The notes under the pieces: model-generated
Told to the model about the DNA's origin: nothing
The model's database searches: none
Seen by the model: only the letters and a program-made list of their open reading frames with translations
Made by a program: the position numbers and the translations under genes
Shown: one piece after another, positions 18,830-28,091 of the stretch
How positions within the stretch are numbered: the first letter of the stretch is position 1
How the letters are laid out: each line of letters begins with the position of its first letter
IMG/VR virus record: IMGVR_UViG_3300043112_000020
Coordinates: 1-37,163 of that record
Source: a virus
Taxonomy: Duplodnaviria; Caudoviricetes
DNA: 37,163 bases
Reading direction: 5' to 3' (one strand)

Positions 18830-18878
18830 AAAACGCAAAAAGCCCGACCAAAACCGCAAAGGGTTAAGGATCGGGCTT
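18830..18878 (-). terminator. Intrinsic terminator B, before the ejection module
   Basis: AAGCCCGATC-ctt-AACC-ctttgc-GGTT-tt-GGTCGGGCTT followed by TTTGCGTTTT. Confidence 0.8.
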
Positions 18879-18948
18879 CAAGGTCACCGAGGGAGTGGCG
18901 GGACCGTCAATCACCGTGGGCACTAAATTTTCAGATACTTTCCCATGT

Positions 18949-21237
18949 TTAAGCGGAAATGTCCAGTTTACATTCGAGCACAAAGGCAATCCGGCACCTG
19001 GCACTGGCGGTAAACTTGAGCTTCTTCCATCCGGCCCCGGAGAAACGGCTTGTCAGATCGATGTTAAGCTGATCGCCAGAATACCAGAGTGGTGTTCCAT
19101 ACCCTGCGCCATTATCGGTGTTGACCGTGATGCTTGGACTGTTGCTTTCTTCGTAGATGCCGAAATCTATGCCATGGGTATGATTGGGTATCGTAACATC
19201 GTGCGTATGAGCGCTTGGAGATTCAGAAGTAGGATTCACGTAATTCGTACCTGACGCTACCGCACTAACTAAAGAACTGCCATAAAGATAAACCTGCGCG
19301 TTGGTACCGCTATACGCGCCATCCAGCGAAAACACATGAGTATGCCCGTTGACCTCTGTCGTGGTTACTTTTGCGCCAGAACACCTTAGGGTGTTTGAAT
19401 CTGCATAGTAATTAACGTATGACTTGCCTACATAACTGTCTGTGTAATAGGCTCTTATTTCATGATTGTGTCCGTCAGATGTTTCAAGAGTAAAGTCATA
19501 ATAGCCGCTCGTTGCCCCCCCTGATTTGTAAAGATACAGCTTGCCATCTTGGTTGCCATACATCAGCGTGTAGCCGGCTGAATAACTGTTGCCCACAATC
19601 TTCAATGTATGGTCGTGGGTTGGGACTGGTTCTTCGGTTGTACTTTGCACAGATGAACCACCACTCAACGTGGTTGTTGAATAGGCACGATACGGCATAA
19701 TTTTGAAAGACAATCGCACCGACTGAATCGCTGTCAGCTCTGATAACAGCAAAAACGGCACTTCAAAAGGATAGGAAGCATCGAGCGAATCCCACCCATT
19801 GAATATCAGCGAATTACGCAATTCATTGTATTTGCTTGCCGTGATGCTGTTGGCTGTGATCTTTCCACCGGAGATATTGGCAACCTTGGCATCGTCCACG
19901 GCCAAGTCCTTTATAGCGGCCCTACTTACCGTCAAATCTCCGATCAGGGCTTCGGAAATAATGACAGCCGGCGACCCGTCGACCGTTCCGACCATGAAGG
20001 GAATCGTCAGTGGTTCGCCTTCGCTTGCCGTCGGCTTGACGATGGCGAATTTGTCGGCCAGCATGATGATCTCGGATTCAATCGGGCCGGATGCCCCGCC
20101 GGATACCGCCACTCCCATGCCGGCGATATGACCATTGGCGTTGACCTTGATGGTGTGTTCGGCCTCCAGGGTGCCGTCAGCGTTCGCCCGAGCCGTGGCC
20201 TCCGTCTGCACGGCGGTATGGGCTGCAGCTAGGCCTGTATCAGGATCCTCCACGGTTGCTTCGAGTAATGAAATGTCGCCAGCCATAGCACTGTCGGCAT
20301 CGGCTCTTGCCGATTGTTCCGTGGTTATCGCGGCCTCGTTGTCTGAAATCCCCCCCTCTGCCGCCGTGACCCTGACCGCCAATGCTTCCCTCGCACTGGC
20401 TTCGGCCGAATCTGCGTTCGCCCTGGTCGTGGCCTCGTCCTGAACTGCGGAGTGCGCCGCGGCCAAACCGGTCGCCGGATCTTCAACCACAGATTGCAGC
20501 GTCGTTACGTCCTCGGCGATAGCGTTGTCGGCGCTCTGCCTGGTCGAGGCTTCGTTATTGACCGCCGCTTCACGATCCGTGACTTCCTGCGCCAGACTAT
20601 CGATCAACCCCGTTCCCGGGGCGTCGATGTTGTCAATGCGGGTATTGAGTGTGGAGGCAAGGTGGCTTTCGGACAATTCCCCCTGCAGCAGCTCCAAAAC
20701 ATAGGTAGGTTCATCAGCCGTTGCCGCAGAGGTTCCTGCGGTGGCGTTGAACGGACCGATGATCGAGGCATCCCACCTGTTGATCGCCCGTACCCAATAG
20801 AAATAGGTCGTGGACATGGACGAATCCGGGGGGGTGTCGACATACTTCAAGGCACTGGTGGTGCCAATCTTGACCGCCGTGCCTTGGTCGTCCACCGTGT
20901 TACGGAATATCTCATAGTGCCCGATATAATCGCCAGGAGAGGCAACCCACTCCAGCATAATCTGGTTAAAGCCCCCCGTCGCCGTGAGACCTGTCGGTGC
21001 CGAGGGGATGGTGTAATCAGGAGCAAACAGATTCGCTTCATTCATAGATTCCTGAATGGCCTGATTTAGCGTTTCCTCGTCCACCGTGGCCACCACTTCC
21101 GTGGTCAAACCTGACGAAATTGCCGCTGTCTCTTCCGCAACCTGCTTCAGGTGCATGATCAGCGTCTGGATCGCCCGCTTTACTTCGGGATCGACCTTGG
21201 ACGACAGACTTGGGGTGGTGATGTTGGATGCCGTCAT
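18949..21237 (-). CDS. Tail fibre / host-specificity protein: FN3, coiled coil, J-like straight-fibre region, HxH tip
   Basis: PSAPTGLTATGGFNQIMLEW..TYFYWVRA; repeated VEDPxTGLAAAHxAVQ; TIKVNANGHIAGMG..ADKFAI; five HxH motifs. Confidence 0.85.
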   Translation of the reverse strand: MTASNITTPSLSSKVDPEVKRAIQTLIMHLKQVAEETAAISSGLTTEVVATVDEETLNQAIQESMNEANLFAPDYTIPSAPTGLTATGGFNQIMLEWVASPGDYIGHYEIFRNTVDDQGTAVKIGTTSALKYVDTPPDSSMSTTYFYWVRAINRWDASIIGPFNATAGTSAATADEPTYVLELLQGELSESHLASTLNTRIDNIDAPGTGLIDSLAQEVTDREAAVNNEASTRQSADNAIAEDVTTLQSVVEDPATGLAAAHSAVQDEATTRANADSAEASAREALAVRVTAAEGGISDNEAAITTEQSARADADSAMAGDISLLEATVEDPDTGLAAAHTAVQTEATARANADGTLEAEHTIKVNANGHIAGMGVAVSGGASGPIESEIIMLADKFAIVKPTASEGEPLTIPFMVGTVDGSPAVIISEALIGDLTVSRAAIKDLAVDDAKVANISGGKITANSITASKYNELRNSLIFNGWDSLDASYPFEVPFLLLSELTAIQSVRLSFKIMPYRAYSTTTLSGGSSVQSTTEEPVPTHDHTLKIVGNSYSAGYTLMYGNQDGKLYLYKSGGATSGYYDFTLETSDGHNHEIRAYYTDSYVGKSYVNYYADSNTLRCSGAKVTTTEVNGHTHVFSLDGAYSGTNAQVYLYGSSLVSAVASGTNYVNPTSESPSAHTHDVTIPNHTHGIDFGIYEESNSPSITVNTDNGAGYGTPLWYSGDQLNIDLTSRFSGAGWKKLKFTASARCRIAFVLECKLDISA

Positions 21238-23132
21238 GCTTGCCTCAATTCGCGCATAGTCTCAGCCAAAAACACTTGGCGCACGGGAGCTGTCCCTGTG
21301 ATTTCGATTTCAAAGAGTTCGCCACGGTATCCGGACGGGAGCCTAAAGGGGTTGCCGTTGGCCACTTCCTGCGTATGCTTGATGACGCCGTTAGAGAAAA
21401 TAAGTTCGCCGTTTATGTCGTAGACGGATTCTTGCTCTCCTGCGTCGTTGATGGCGTAGAGTAGTTCGTCGTCTGCGCTGCTCCGAGAGTATATCTTCAT
21501 AGTGACCGGGTACGCATCGGCCTTTACCTGGGCCGCACCTGGGTTGATCGGCAGAGGGGCTGGAAACGGACGACTCTTCCACACATAAGTCAGATTGCCG
21601 CTGCCGCCATCCCACTGTTTGATGTTGTCGCCCACCTGCAGGAACAGCTTGCCGGTCTTGGGATCCGAATAGGCCGCCGTGGCGTAGACATCGATTTCGA
21701 CAAACGTCCCGTTGACCGGATCCAGAATAAACCCGCCCTGCTTGGTGCCAGTATTGTAAAAGCCGTAATACTTATTGTTGTGCCCTACCCCCAACAGCGA
21801 TTCAGGCTTGTACGCCTGCCACTGGTCCCGGGTAAGGATTTCTGCGGTTGCCAGCTTGGCCACGCCTACCCCGATCAATACCGCGCCGTCGGTCGACGGG
21901 TAGACCGCCCCATAGCCAAGATCGGCCATGCCGCGCTTGGACACGCATGGGTAATTCATTTCCATCTTTTCCGACAGCATGCCATTCGGGCTGGCACCGG
22001 TCAGCACATACGGCTGGGCTTTGGTCGCCACTAGCATAGACGTCCCGAAGGCGCACAGGGCCACAGGGTCGTTAAACGCCTGCCGATAGCCAACCGGCCA
22101 GGCGTGATATTGATAGGGCTCACAGAAGCACACTTGATTGCCGGAAATACCCGCCATGCCTCCGTTGGGCAATTCGATCAAGCCATTCAGATCATCGGGC
22201 GGGGCCGCCCAGGTGGTGCTGGGTAACGATTCGCCAAGAGAGGCCGACTCCACATTGTCGACAAGTGTTGTGGTGCCGGCCACCACTTCCCCGACATACA
22301 GGTAATAACCGCCGTGGGTCCGGTAAATTCGCACCTTGACCACGTTGTAATTGCCTTCCGGAGGCCCGGGAATGGCGCTCAGATCAATAACCTGGTCCGC
22401 GCCACAAGTGATAATGTCCGACGGATCCGACGGCGGGCCCTCTTCGCCGTAACCGGTCACATAGGTACAAACATAGGCGCGATCTTCCTTGTCGGCGTCG
22501 GCCCAAGCCCTCTGCCAGGTGCCGGCTGTAAAGGTGTCATAATCGCTCGAATCGACGTTATCCAGGGTGAAGTTGTCGGTATCGATGACCGTTACCGGGC
22601 CTTCCCAACCGTCCAGATCAGTCATGCCGGTGACGTCCAACAACACCCGCTGTCCGGTCGTGAGGCCGTGACCGGCACTTTCGACTTGGGCAGGGTTGTC
22701 CTTGGTGATCGCCGTAATGGTGCCGCCAGGCGTGACGGGGCTCAGTGTCGGGGCAACATCCGGAGCCGGCAAGCCGAGTTGCCAAGCGTTGGTGGGGTAT
22801 TGGTCGCCGCCCGCCGTGGCGATACTGCTATCGGTGACCTTGGGCGTACCGTCGCCGGTAAAATAGGTGCGTTCCTGGGTATCTCCGGCAATCGCACCGC
22901 GTACCACGTCCACATCGGCCAGCCAATGAAACCAGAAAGCGTCAGCGAACAGATAGATGCTCTGCTTGGTCCCCGCCTTGGCCGGTACCGCCACCTGCAG
23001 CAAATCTCGAAATGCCTTGAGGTTGCCGCTTTCAAGGTTGCAATTCTGCGCGATTTGCGCCGCCTCCACGGGCAATAGGTCGGGGGAGAGCTTGGGAACG
23101 ATCCCTTTGAACTGTTCGAGCTTGATCAGCAT
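21234..23132 (-). CDS. Tail nozzle / head-stabilisation protein (P22 gp10-like) with an inserted beta domain
   Basis: FKGIVPKLSP..AQNC, YVCTYVTGYGEEGPPS, FCEPYQYHAWP, PCVSKRG, YVWKSRPF, PFRLPSG; ITAITKDNPAQV..HGL insert. Confidence 0.85.
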   Translation of the reverse strand: MLIKLEQFKGIVPKLSPDLLPVEAAQIAQNCNLESGNLKAFRDLLQVAVPAKAGTKQSIYLFADAFWFHWLADVDVVRGAIAGDTQERTYFTGDGTPKVTDSSIATAGGDQYPTNAWQLGLPAPDVAPTLSPVTPGGTITAITKDNPAQVESAGHGLTTGQRVLLDVTGMTDLDGWEGPVTVIDTDNFTLDNVDSSDYDTFTAGTWQRAWADADKEDRAYVCTYVTGYGEEGPPSDPSDIITCGADQVIDLSAIPGPPEGNYNVVKVRIYRTHGGYYLYVGEVVAGTTTLVDNVESASLGESLPSTTWAAPPDDLNGLIELPNGGMAGISGNQVCFCEPYQYHAWPVGYRQAFNDPVALCAFGTSMLVATKAQPYVLTGASPNGMLSEKMEMNYPCVSKRGMADLGYGAVYPSTDGAVLIGVGVAKLATAEILTRDQWQAYKPESLLGVGHNNKYYGFYNTGTKQGGFILDPVNGTFVEIDVYATAAYSDPKTGKLFLQVGDNIKQWDGGSGNLTYVWKSRPFPAPLPINPGAAQVKADAYPVTMKIYSRSSADDELLYAINDAGEQESVYDINGELIFSNGVIKHTQEVANGNPFRLPSGYRGELFEIEITGTAPVRQVFLAETMRELRQA

Positions 23133-23134
23133 GG

Positions 23135-23767
23135 TTACCCCTTGGTCTGTGTCGCCATACGGATCCCGAGCACCTGGGCCATGGCCTGATAGTGGGCTGC
23201 GGATTTTGAAGCACTGCCGGCCTCCGTCTCTTCGCCGTAAGCGCGGTACAGAACGTAATCCAGCAAAGCGTTGGCATATACATCACGTACCGTTATGACA
23301 GAGTCTACACTTGCCGGATCGGCGGGCAATACACCATAAACAGATTCGATCTTGTGGGAGATATCAGGCTGCGGAGGGACCGTGAAAAAAGTAACGGGAT
23401 CCTCTTTGTCGTAGCCGACGAAAAGCACCTCCCCGTCGCCCGTCATGGCGCTCCACTCAGGAAAAAGAGTTTGGAGAGTAGTCATGTCAAACATTTCGAT
23501 GGAACGCCCTGGCGTGATCCCATCGGCGCCCATGTTACGCACCGGACGCACAAGACCGGTCGCGCCGTCAGGCAAGGTCTGCTTACTACCGGCCACCAGT
23601 GTTACATTTCCCGTCACCGTGCAGGCATCAGGCTTGAGGGCCGCGATCTCTCGCTGCCCGTCTTTGAGGTAGTCGAACAGGGTTGTCTGAGTCCAGCGTA
23701 CAGCGCCGGTATCCTGGAGTTGTTTACCCGCCTTGGTGAGAATCGCACTGCAAAGAATATCCCCCAT
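23135..23767 (-). CDS. Head-tail adaptor protein (DUF6682-like)
   Basis: LQD..VRW..L.DYL.DGQREI..KPDA, L.AGSKQTLP, YANALLDYVLYRAY. Confidence 0.8.
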   Translation of the reverse strand: MGDILCSAILTKAGKQLQDTGAVRWTQTTLFDYLKDGQREIAALKPDACTVTGNVTLVAGSKQTLPDGATGLVRPVRNMGADGITPGRSIEMFDMTTLQTLFPEWSAMTGDGEVLFVGYDKEDPVTFFTVPPQPDISHKIESVYGVLPADPASVDSVITVRDVYANALLDYVLYRAYGEETEAGSASKSAAHYQAMAQVLGIRMATQTKG

Positions 23768-23781
23768 GGATCAACCCTCCG

Positions 23782-24387
23782 TTAGAACCAGCAGCCCGAC
23801 GTTCTACGCCGTCCCGCCTTGCGTTTGGGTAGAATAGAATCGACCTCGCCGGCCATGAACAGCATGAACGCCTGATCGACGGCAAAGGCGCTACCCGCCG
23901 CCGCACCACGAACAATGGCCTCCTTGAACACTTCATCGAACATGCCGTTGTACGGAAGGGTATCGGTGATGGCCGTGACCCTGGCCGGAGCCTGCCAGTA
24001 TTCGCCGATCACCGTACAGGGCTCTGCGGGAACCGGATACAGCAACAGGTTAAGACCGCGCAGATCGTACCGCTCAGGCGTCCCCGTTTGCCCGTAATAG
24101 GCCGCCCGCCTCTGCGCCTGCAACGGTTCCAGGGGCTTTACCATGGTCGTCAGTTGCGGTTTGTCGGCCAGGCCGCGGCAATCGGTCGGCAGGATCTTCG
24201 AGGCATCGGAGGCCGCGAATTCAAGGCTATAATCTTGCTTCACAAGATCACTACCCTTGTTGACCAAATACCGAAACAGCACATCCATGCTGGCGTTGAC
24301 CGCCTCGATGGCGCTCATGGCCGGTTTTGGGATCTGTTTCAGGCGTGGGGCCGTGGCCTTTACCAAGTCAAGCACTGTCGTTGCCAT
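23782..24387 (-). CDS. Second adaptor/tail-tubular-like protein
   Basis: LPTD, GTPERY, LLLYPVP motifs; position. Confidence 0.7.
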   Translation of the reverse strand: MATTVLDLVKATAPRLKQIPKPAMSAIEAVNASMDVLFRYLVNKGSDLVKQDYSLEFAASDASKILPTDCRGLADKPQLTTMVKPLEPLQAQRRAAYYGQTGTPERYDLRGLNLLLYPVPAEPCTVIGEYWQAPARVTAITDTLPYNGMFDEVFKEAIVRGAAAGSAFAVDQAFMLFMAGEVDSILPKRKAGRRRTSGCWF

Positions 24388-24394
24388 GGTTACC

Positions 24395-24538
24395 TCATTG
24401 TCCGGGTAAAAGGATGGTGCAGAGACGCCAGCCGCAATAACCGGCCGAAGCGATCAGTGAAGACAGCAGGGTTAAGGCAAAGATCCCGCTCACCAGCAAA
24501 GCGCCGGGGCGTGGGTGATTGCGCGTCCATGGGCTCAT
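24395..24538 (-). CDS. 47-aa single-TM peptide MSPWTRNHPRPGALLVSGIFALTLLSSLIASAGYCGWRLCTILLPGQ
   Basis: Manual translation; AAAGGAG SD 8 nt upstream; hydrophobic helix. Confidence 0.6.
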   Translation of the reverse strand: MSPWTRNHPRPGALLVSGIFALTLLSSLIASAGYCGWRLCTILLPGQ

Positions 24539-24540
24539 GG

Positions 24541-24708
24541 TCAAAGCTCCTTTCCGTCAATCGTCCACTCGCAACCGCATTCCGGGCAATACAGCACTTC
24601 GTCCGGTCCTTCCCCGCGAATGCGCAAATAGGCATTGCAGGGTTTAACCATCTTGAACGGGCCGTCACCCTGCGGGCGTTTTAAGGGGCAGCGGGTCAAT
24701 TCATTCAT
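24541..24708 (-). CDS. 55-aa Zn-ribbon protein MNELTRCP..PCNA..YCPECGCEWTIDGKEL
   Basis: Manual translation; overlaps the upstream stop; four-Cys pattern. Confidence 0.6.
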   Translation of the reverse strand: MNELTRCPLKRPQGDGPFKMVKPCNAYLRIRGEGPDEVLYCPECGCEWTIDGKEL

Positions 24709-24982
24709 CGGGAAACCGCTGTTCAGTACCGCACTGCCAGCACAAAAGACTTCCAGACTTTCCGCTTATCGTGAACAACCAACATCCACAGTTGCATATC
24801 CAGGTCGGTTCTGGAACAACTCCGTTAACCAAAACGGACTTAAAGGTTCCGCATTCCGGGCATTCCATGTCTTTGAAGACGCCTACTGGAACAACGGCTT
24901 GGTAAGTATGGCCGCAGTTGATGCACTTCGCTTCGCCTGACAGGTGCGGAGATCTTGATAGAATGTCGACTACCTCACCCAT
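24701..24982 (-). CDS. 93-aa multi-CxxC Zn-finger protein
   Basis: CINC, CPEC, CNCGC, CWQC; GAGGTG SD. Confidence 0.75.
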   Translation of the reverse strand: MGEVVDILSRSPHLSGEAKCINCGHTYQAVVPVGVFKDMECPECGTFKSVLVNGVVPEPTWICNCGCWLFTISGKSGSLLCWQCGTEQRFPDE

Positions 24983-24988
24983 GATTGT

Positions 24989-25405
24989 CTACAACACCTC
25001 GCAATTTGGCATGTCCCATTGCTTGGCCATGTGCTCGATAATCGGAATAATCTCTTCATCGCCTTCGGCCTTAGCCCTAGCGATACACTCGGCCGCCGAG
25101 GTCGGAATAACATGATAGGAAACGGAACAGCCGATTTTCCCGGACTCGTCAATCCATTCCTGCCGTCGCTTTGCCGTGGTGTTTGTGGCGTCCACTATGA
25201 TCTTGTCATGACCGGCAAGGAACAAAGACCGAACCATATACTTGGCCGTGGTCCACACCATCGGTTCAGCATCGTGGATAAAACGCTGGCCATGAATGGC
25301 CAAACGGATACTGTCAGGATTGACAATCGGGATCTCCTGCTGTTTCGCCCATGTGGTTTTTCCGGATCGTGGAAGTCCCACGGTCAAGATCAGTTCTTTC
25401 GGCAT
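24989..25405 (-). CDS. AAA_33 / polynucleotide-kinase-like P-loop kinase
   Basis: VGLPRSGKTT, DSIR, IIVDATN, CIAR lid. Confidence 0.85.
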   Translation of the reverse strand: MPKELILTVGLPRSGKTTWAKQQEIPIVNPDSIRLAIHGQRFIHDAEPMVWTTAKYMVRSLFLAGHDKIIVDATNTTAKRRQEWIDESGKIGCSVSYHVIPTSAAECIARAKAEGDEEIIPIIEHMAKQWDMPNCEVL

Positions 25406-25721
25406 GTTCCCTCTCTCTCAACATCAGTTCCAAAACCGCCAGATTTCCCCAGGCCCGATGGGCCGCATGCAGCAACCCGCTTTCCTCGTCCGTCACCTTC
25501 CCTGCAGCGTCGGCCAGATCGTGCCGCAAGCGGGCATCGTCATAACGCCCCTTGGCATCCTCGATGCTATCCCAGGTATCCCAGCCGTGGTTCGAGGCGC
25601 CGTGTTCATTGACGCGGGCAATCTCCTCGATGGCGCGAGGGAAATAACGCAACACCGAATGGATATACGGCTTGCCAGCGTCGTACTTGGCACCGGCCCC
25701 GCGGCGGTCATTCTTTGCCAT
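25314..25721 (-). CDS. dATP/dGTP diphosphohydrolase-domain protein (DUF5664-like), 135 aa
   Basis: KYDAGK..P.A..IARV..GA..W..RY.DA.LRH..DEESGLLHAAH..W..L; start reassigned to MAKND at 25721. Confidence 0.8.
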   Translation of the reverse strand: MAKNDRRGAGAKYDAGKPYIHSVLRYFPRAIEEIARVNEHGASNHGWDTWDSIEDAKGRYDDARLRHDLADAAGKVTDEESGLLHAAHRAWGNLAVLELMLREREHAERTDLDRGTSTIRKNHMGETAGDPDCQS

Positions 25722-25854
25722 GGTGTTTTCCCTTGGCCTTGTGCCGGGTATAGATAATACCGCGTTGCCCGTTCCCGAGGCGTTCACAGACCTCGCAGGG
25801 CGTTTTGTCCAGTGGCTGCCCCTCGTATGCACAGGTGCTGCAGTTGATGGCCAT
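25708..25854 (-). CDS. 48-aa Zn-binding peptide MAINCSTCAYEGQPLDKTPCEVCERLG...
   Basis: Manual translation; CxxC..PCxxC; fills the intergenic gap. Confidence 0.6.
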   Translation of the reverse strand: MAINCSTCAYEGQPLDKTPCEVCERLGNGQRGIIYTRHKAKGKHHGKE

Positions 25855-25859
25855 ATCGA

Positions 25860-26375
25860 TTAACCCTTTTGTTCACGCAGAATCTTGATCCGGTTACCAA
25901 CCCAAGATTTCGACTTGCCGACAACTTCGCCGATCTTGGCATAGGACATATTGGAATCGGCCATGTTCAAAATGGCCGCGTCCCGCTCTTCGTCGGTCAT
26001 ACCCTCGCCCCCCTCTTCCTCCAACGGTTCGCCGTCTTCCGTGCCTTCCTCAACCGTATCGTGCTGGCCGGCGTCATCTCCGTCGGGCGCATCGGTATCA
26101 AGTTCAGGCGTCGTATCAGGTTCGGGATTAGACTCGGGTTCTACAGTATCCGGTTCAGTCCCAGGCAGTGATTTTGGGTCCGGACTTTCCGACGGTTTGA
26201 CGCCTTCGTACTTGCGGTACAACCCCGTCACCATCAGTTGAGTGATGTGGGAATCGTTGGTCACGTCACACACTGCGGCACCACCAAAATCGGGATTTTC
26301 CTTGAAGCAATAATCGAACTTGTCGATGGTTACAAAGGTAGGTCCGTCTCTCTTGATCAGGCACTCAATCCACAT
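25860..26375 (-). CDS. 171-aa protein: N-terminal beta domain, acidic linker, C-terminal HTH
   Basis: AGGAGG SD before ATG at 26375; RDAAIL..MSYAKIGEVVGKSKSWVGNRIK. Confidence 0.8.
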   Translation of the reverse strand: MWIECLIKRDGPTFVTIDKFDYCFKENPDFGGAAVCDVTNDSHITQLMVTGLYRKYEGVKPSESPDPKSLPGTEPDTVEPESNPEPDTTPELDTDAPDGDDAGQHDTVEEGTEDGEPLEEEGGEGMTDEERDAAILNMADSNMSYAKIGEVVGKSKSWVGNRIKILREQKG

Positions 26376-26432
26376 GGGTTCAGTCCTCCTGAACTTGTGT
26401 AGGGGCGAGTTCCCCCGCCCCATGATTTAGGG

Positions 26433-26870
26433 TTATGCCGGCACCGACAACGATTTGAGGCGCAGTTTTCCGGCTGCAGGAGTGCCAGCCGCGGTAACGA
26501 CCTTGGCACCGATAACACGATCCGATGTGGATGCCGCAAGCTGCAAACCGGAAACGGTGTCGGCCCGCGCAACCCCACCAGCCTGTCCGACAGTGGACGA
26601 GTCGATGAGATTGGTAGACGCCACCAGATCGTCCCCATCATCATTGACGATACCGACGCTCAACACCAAAGCGGTTGCATCATCGAGGTCATCCGCTTCC
26701 AGGATGGCATCAACAGGTTTGTGACCTGCCGGAAGATGGGCCAGTTTGACAATATCGTTCTGAGCCAGGGAATCGGGCAGCGAGTATTCACCCTCGTTGC
26801 ACACCACCACCCCGGCTTGACCACCGGTAACGGGCGGGCGGGAAAGGTTTTTTGCGGTAAACAGAGCCAT
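26433..26870 (-). CDS. Capsid decoration/cement protein
   Basis: Follows MCP; L.QNDIVKLAHLPAG..VDAIL.ADDLD; AAGGAG SD; flanked by GNRA hairpins (26402-26421, 26892-26910). Confidence 0.75.
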   Translation of the reverse strand: MALFTAKNLSRPPVTGGQAGVVVCNEGEYSLPDSLAQNDIVKLAHLPAGHKPVDAILEADDLDDATALVLSVGIVNDDGDDLVASTNLIDSSTVGQAGGVARADTVSGLQLAASTSDRVIGAKVVTAAGTPAAGKLRLKSLSVPA

Positions 26871-26937
26871 GGTTCTATCTCCTTGGATAAGGCCCCGGTT
26901 GCCCAGGGGCGCTATGCTGTTACGTTACGCAGCTACC

Positions 26938-28047
26938 TTAAATAGACGGGGCAGCCGCAGCGGTATCGATGGCGTATACGCCGAAATCGACGCCGTTGAA
27001 CGTACACTTTTTAAAGCCCCAGATACACGAGGTCGAGATGATGATCTCGTTGTCGTTATCCTCGGTGCCTTCGTACCAGTCGAAGCGCAGACCGACGCCG
27101 CCCTTGGAGCCGAACGCCACTGCGCCAGCCTGACGGCCAAGCACCAGAGCGCGGGCTGCGGCCACGTCGCCACCGCTGCCGTAGTCGGAGAATCGGATAA
27201 TGCCTTCTTCCTCCTGCAGCACCATGTTGCCGTACTTGCCGAGGGAGTTTTTGAAAATATCCGCATCCCGACCGACAGCATTGGCCAGAGCTTTCTGCAG
27301 GTCCATCCATTGTCCGGTACCGGTATTGGTGCGCAGATCCTCGGCCTGCTGGGGATTCATCATGCACACATAGTGCTTTTCGCCGTTGATCATGACCGGC
27401 TGCAGTTTGGGAGTCCCCTGGGAACCGCCGCCCATGAGTTTGATAGCCGTCCCAACCTTGTCGAGTTCGGTCAGGGTCATGGTGTCGGTGCTGGCCAACG
27501 TCGCCTTGGTTTTACCGCCGCCGTAGCGGATATGGTAGCTATCCGGAGCCGACAGGCTGTTGTTAGCGCGACCGGTCCAGTCGGTGTCGTAAACGAAATC
27601 ATCGTTTACGCCGCGGGCCCCCGACAGATACATGAACACACACTCGGAGAATGCCCGTGCCCACCATTCGGACATGCGCGCCTTGGCGGTATTCCGCATG
27701 GAATGCAGGGTACGCTTCCGGGTCATGCGCCCGCCGCCATTGACGCCGCCGCGCATCTGGTCGATATAGACCGAATCCGAGTAGAATTTCAGCGCTTCTT
27801 CGGTCCCGCGCTGCTTGTTGTCCCCCTCTATGGGCCTCTGTTTGAGCTGTACCGACAGATCGTAAGTGATCTGTTCGCCGGCATCGCTTTCGAGCTCGTC
27901 CAGTTGGACAATGGGGGCTTGGGCTGCCTCGCCTTTGCCGATGTACTTCCGGTTCCAGGGGTTTTGCCGGGCAACATCGACGGCCATCATGCCGGAGTAC
28001 CGTTTGACCGCCTTGGGGTCGCCCAGGCCAACGATGGATCTCGCCAT
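26938..28047 (-). CDS. Major capsid protein, N4-gp56/DUF4043-like
   Basis: LESDAGEQITYDLSVQL, EEALKFYSD.VYIDQ.R, GGRMTRKRTLH, DFGVYAIDTA. Confidence 0.92.
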   Translation of the reverse strand: MARSIVGLGDPKAVKRYSGMMAVDVARQNPWNRKYIGKGEAAQAPIVQLDELESDAGEQITYDLSVQLKQRPIEGDNKQRGTEEALKFYSDSVYIDQMRGGVNGGGRMTRKRTLHSMRNTAKARMSEWWARAFSECVFMYLSGARGVNDDFVYDTDWTGRANNSLSAPDSYHIRYGGGKTKATLASTDTMTLTELDKVGTAIKLMGGGSQGTPKLQPVMINGEKHYVCMMNPQQAEDLRTNTGTGQWMDLQKALANAVGRDADIFKNSLGKYGNMVLQEEEGIIRFSDYGSGGDVAAARALVLGRQAGAVAFGSKGGVGLRFDWYEGTEDNDNEIIISTSCIWGFKKCTFNGVDFGVYAIDTAAAAPSI

Positions 28048-28052
28048 GGGTT

Positions 28053-28082
28053 CATCCTTTCTGTGTGCGGCACTCCAGCGCC
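28053..28082 (-). promoter_or_regulatory. GGA-loop hairpin plus AAGGAUG SD in the MCP leader (CsrA-type sites)
   Basis: GGCGC-UGGA-GUGCC (28069-28082) followed by AAGGAUG (28053-28059). Confidence 0.6.
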
Positions 28083-28091
28083 AGGGTTAAT

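Noticed and set aside
18949-21237. DGR target or invertible tail-fibre segment
   Set aside because: No reverse transcriptase, template repeat, invertase or flanking inverted repeats seen in this window
24390-24668. 92-aa track ORF
   Set aside because: Two shorter ORFs in other frames (24541-24708, 24395-24538) have better coupling, SD and motifs
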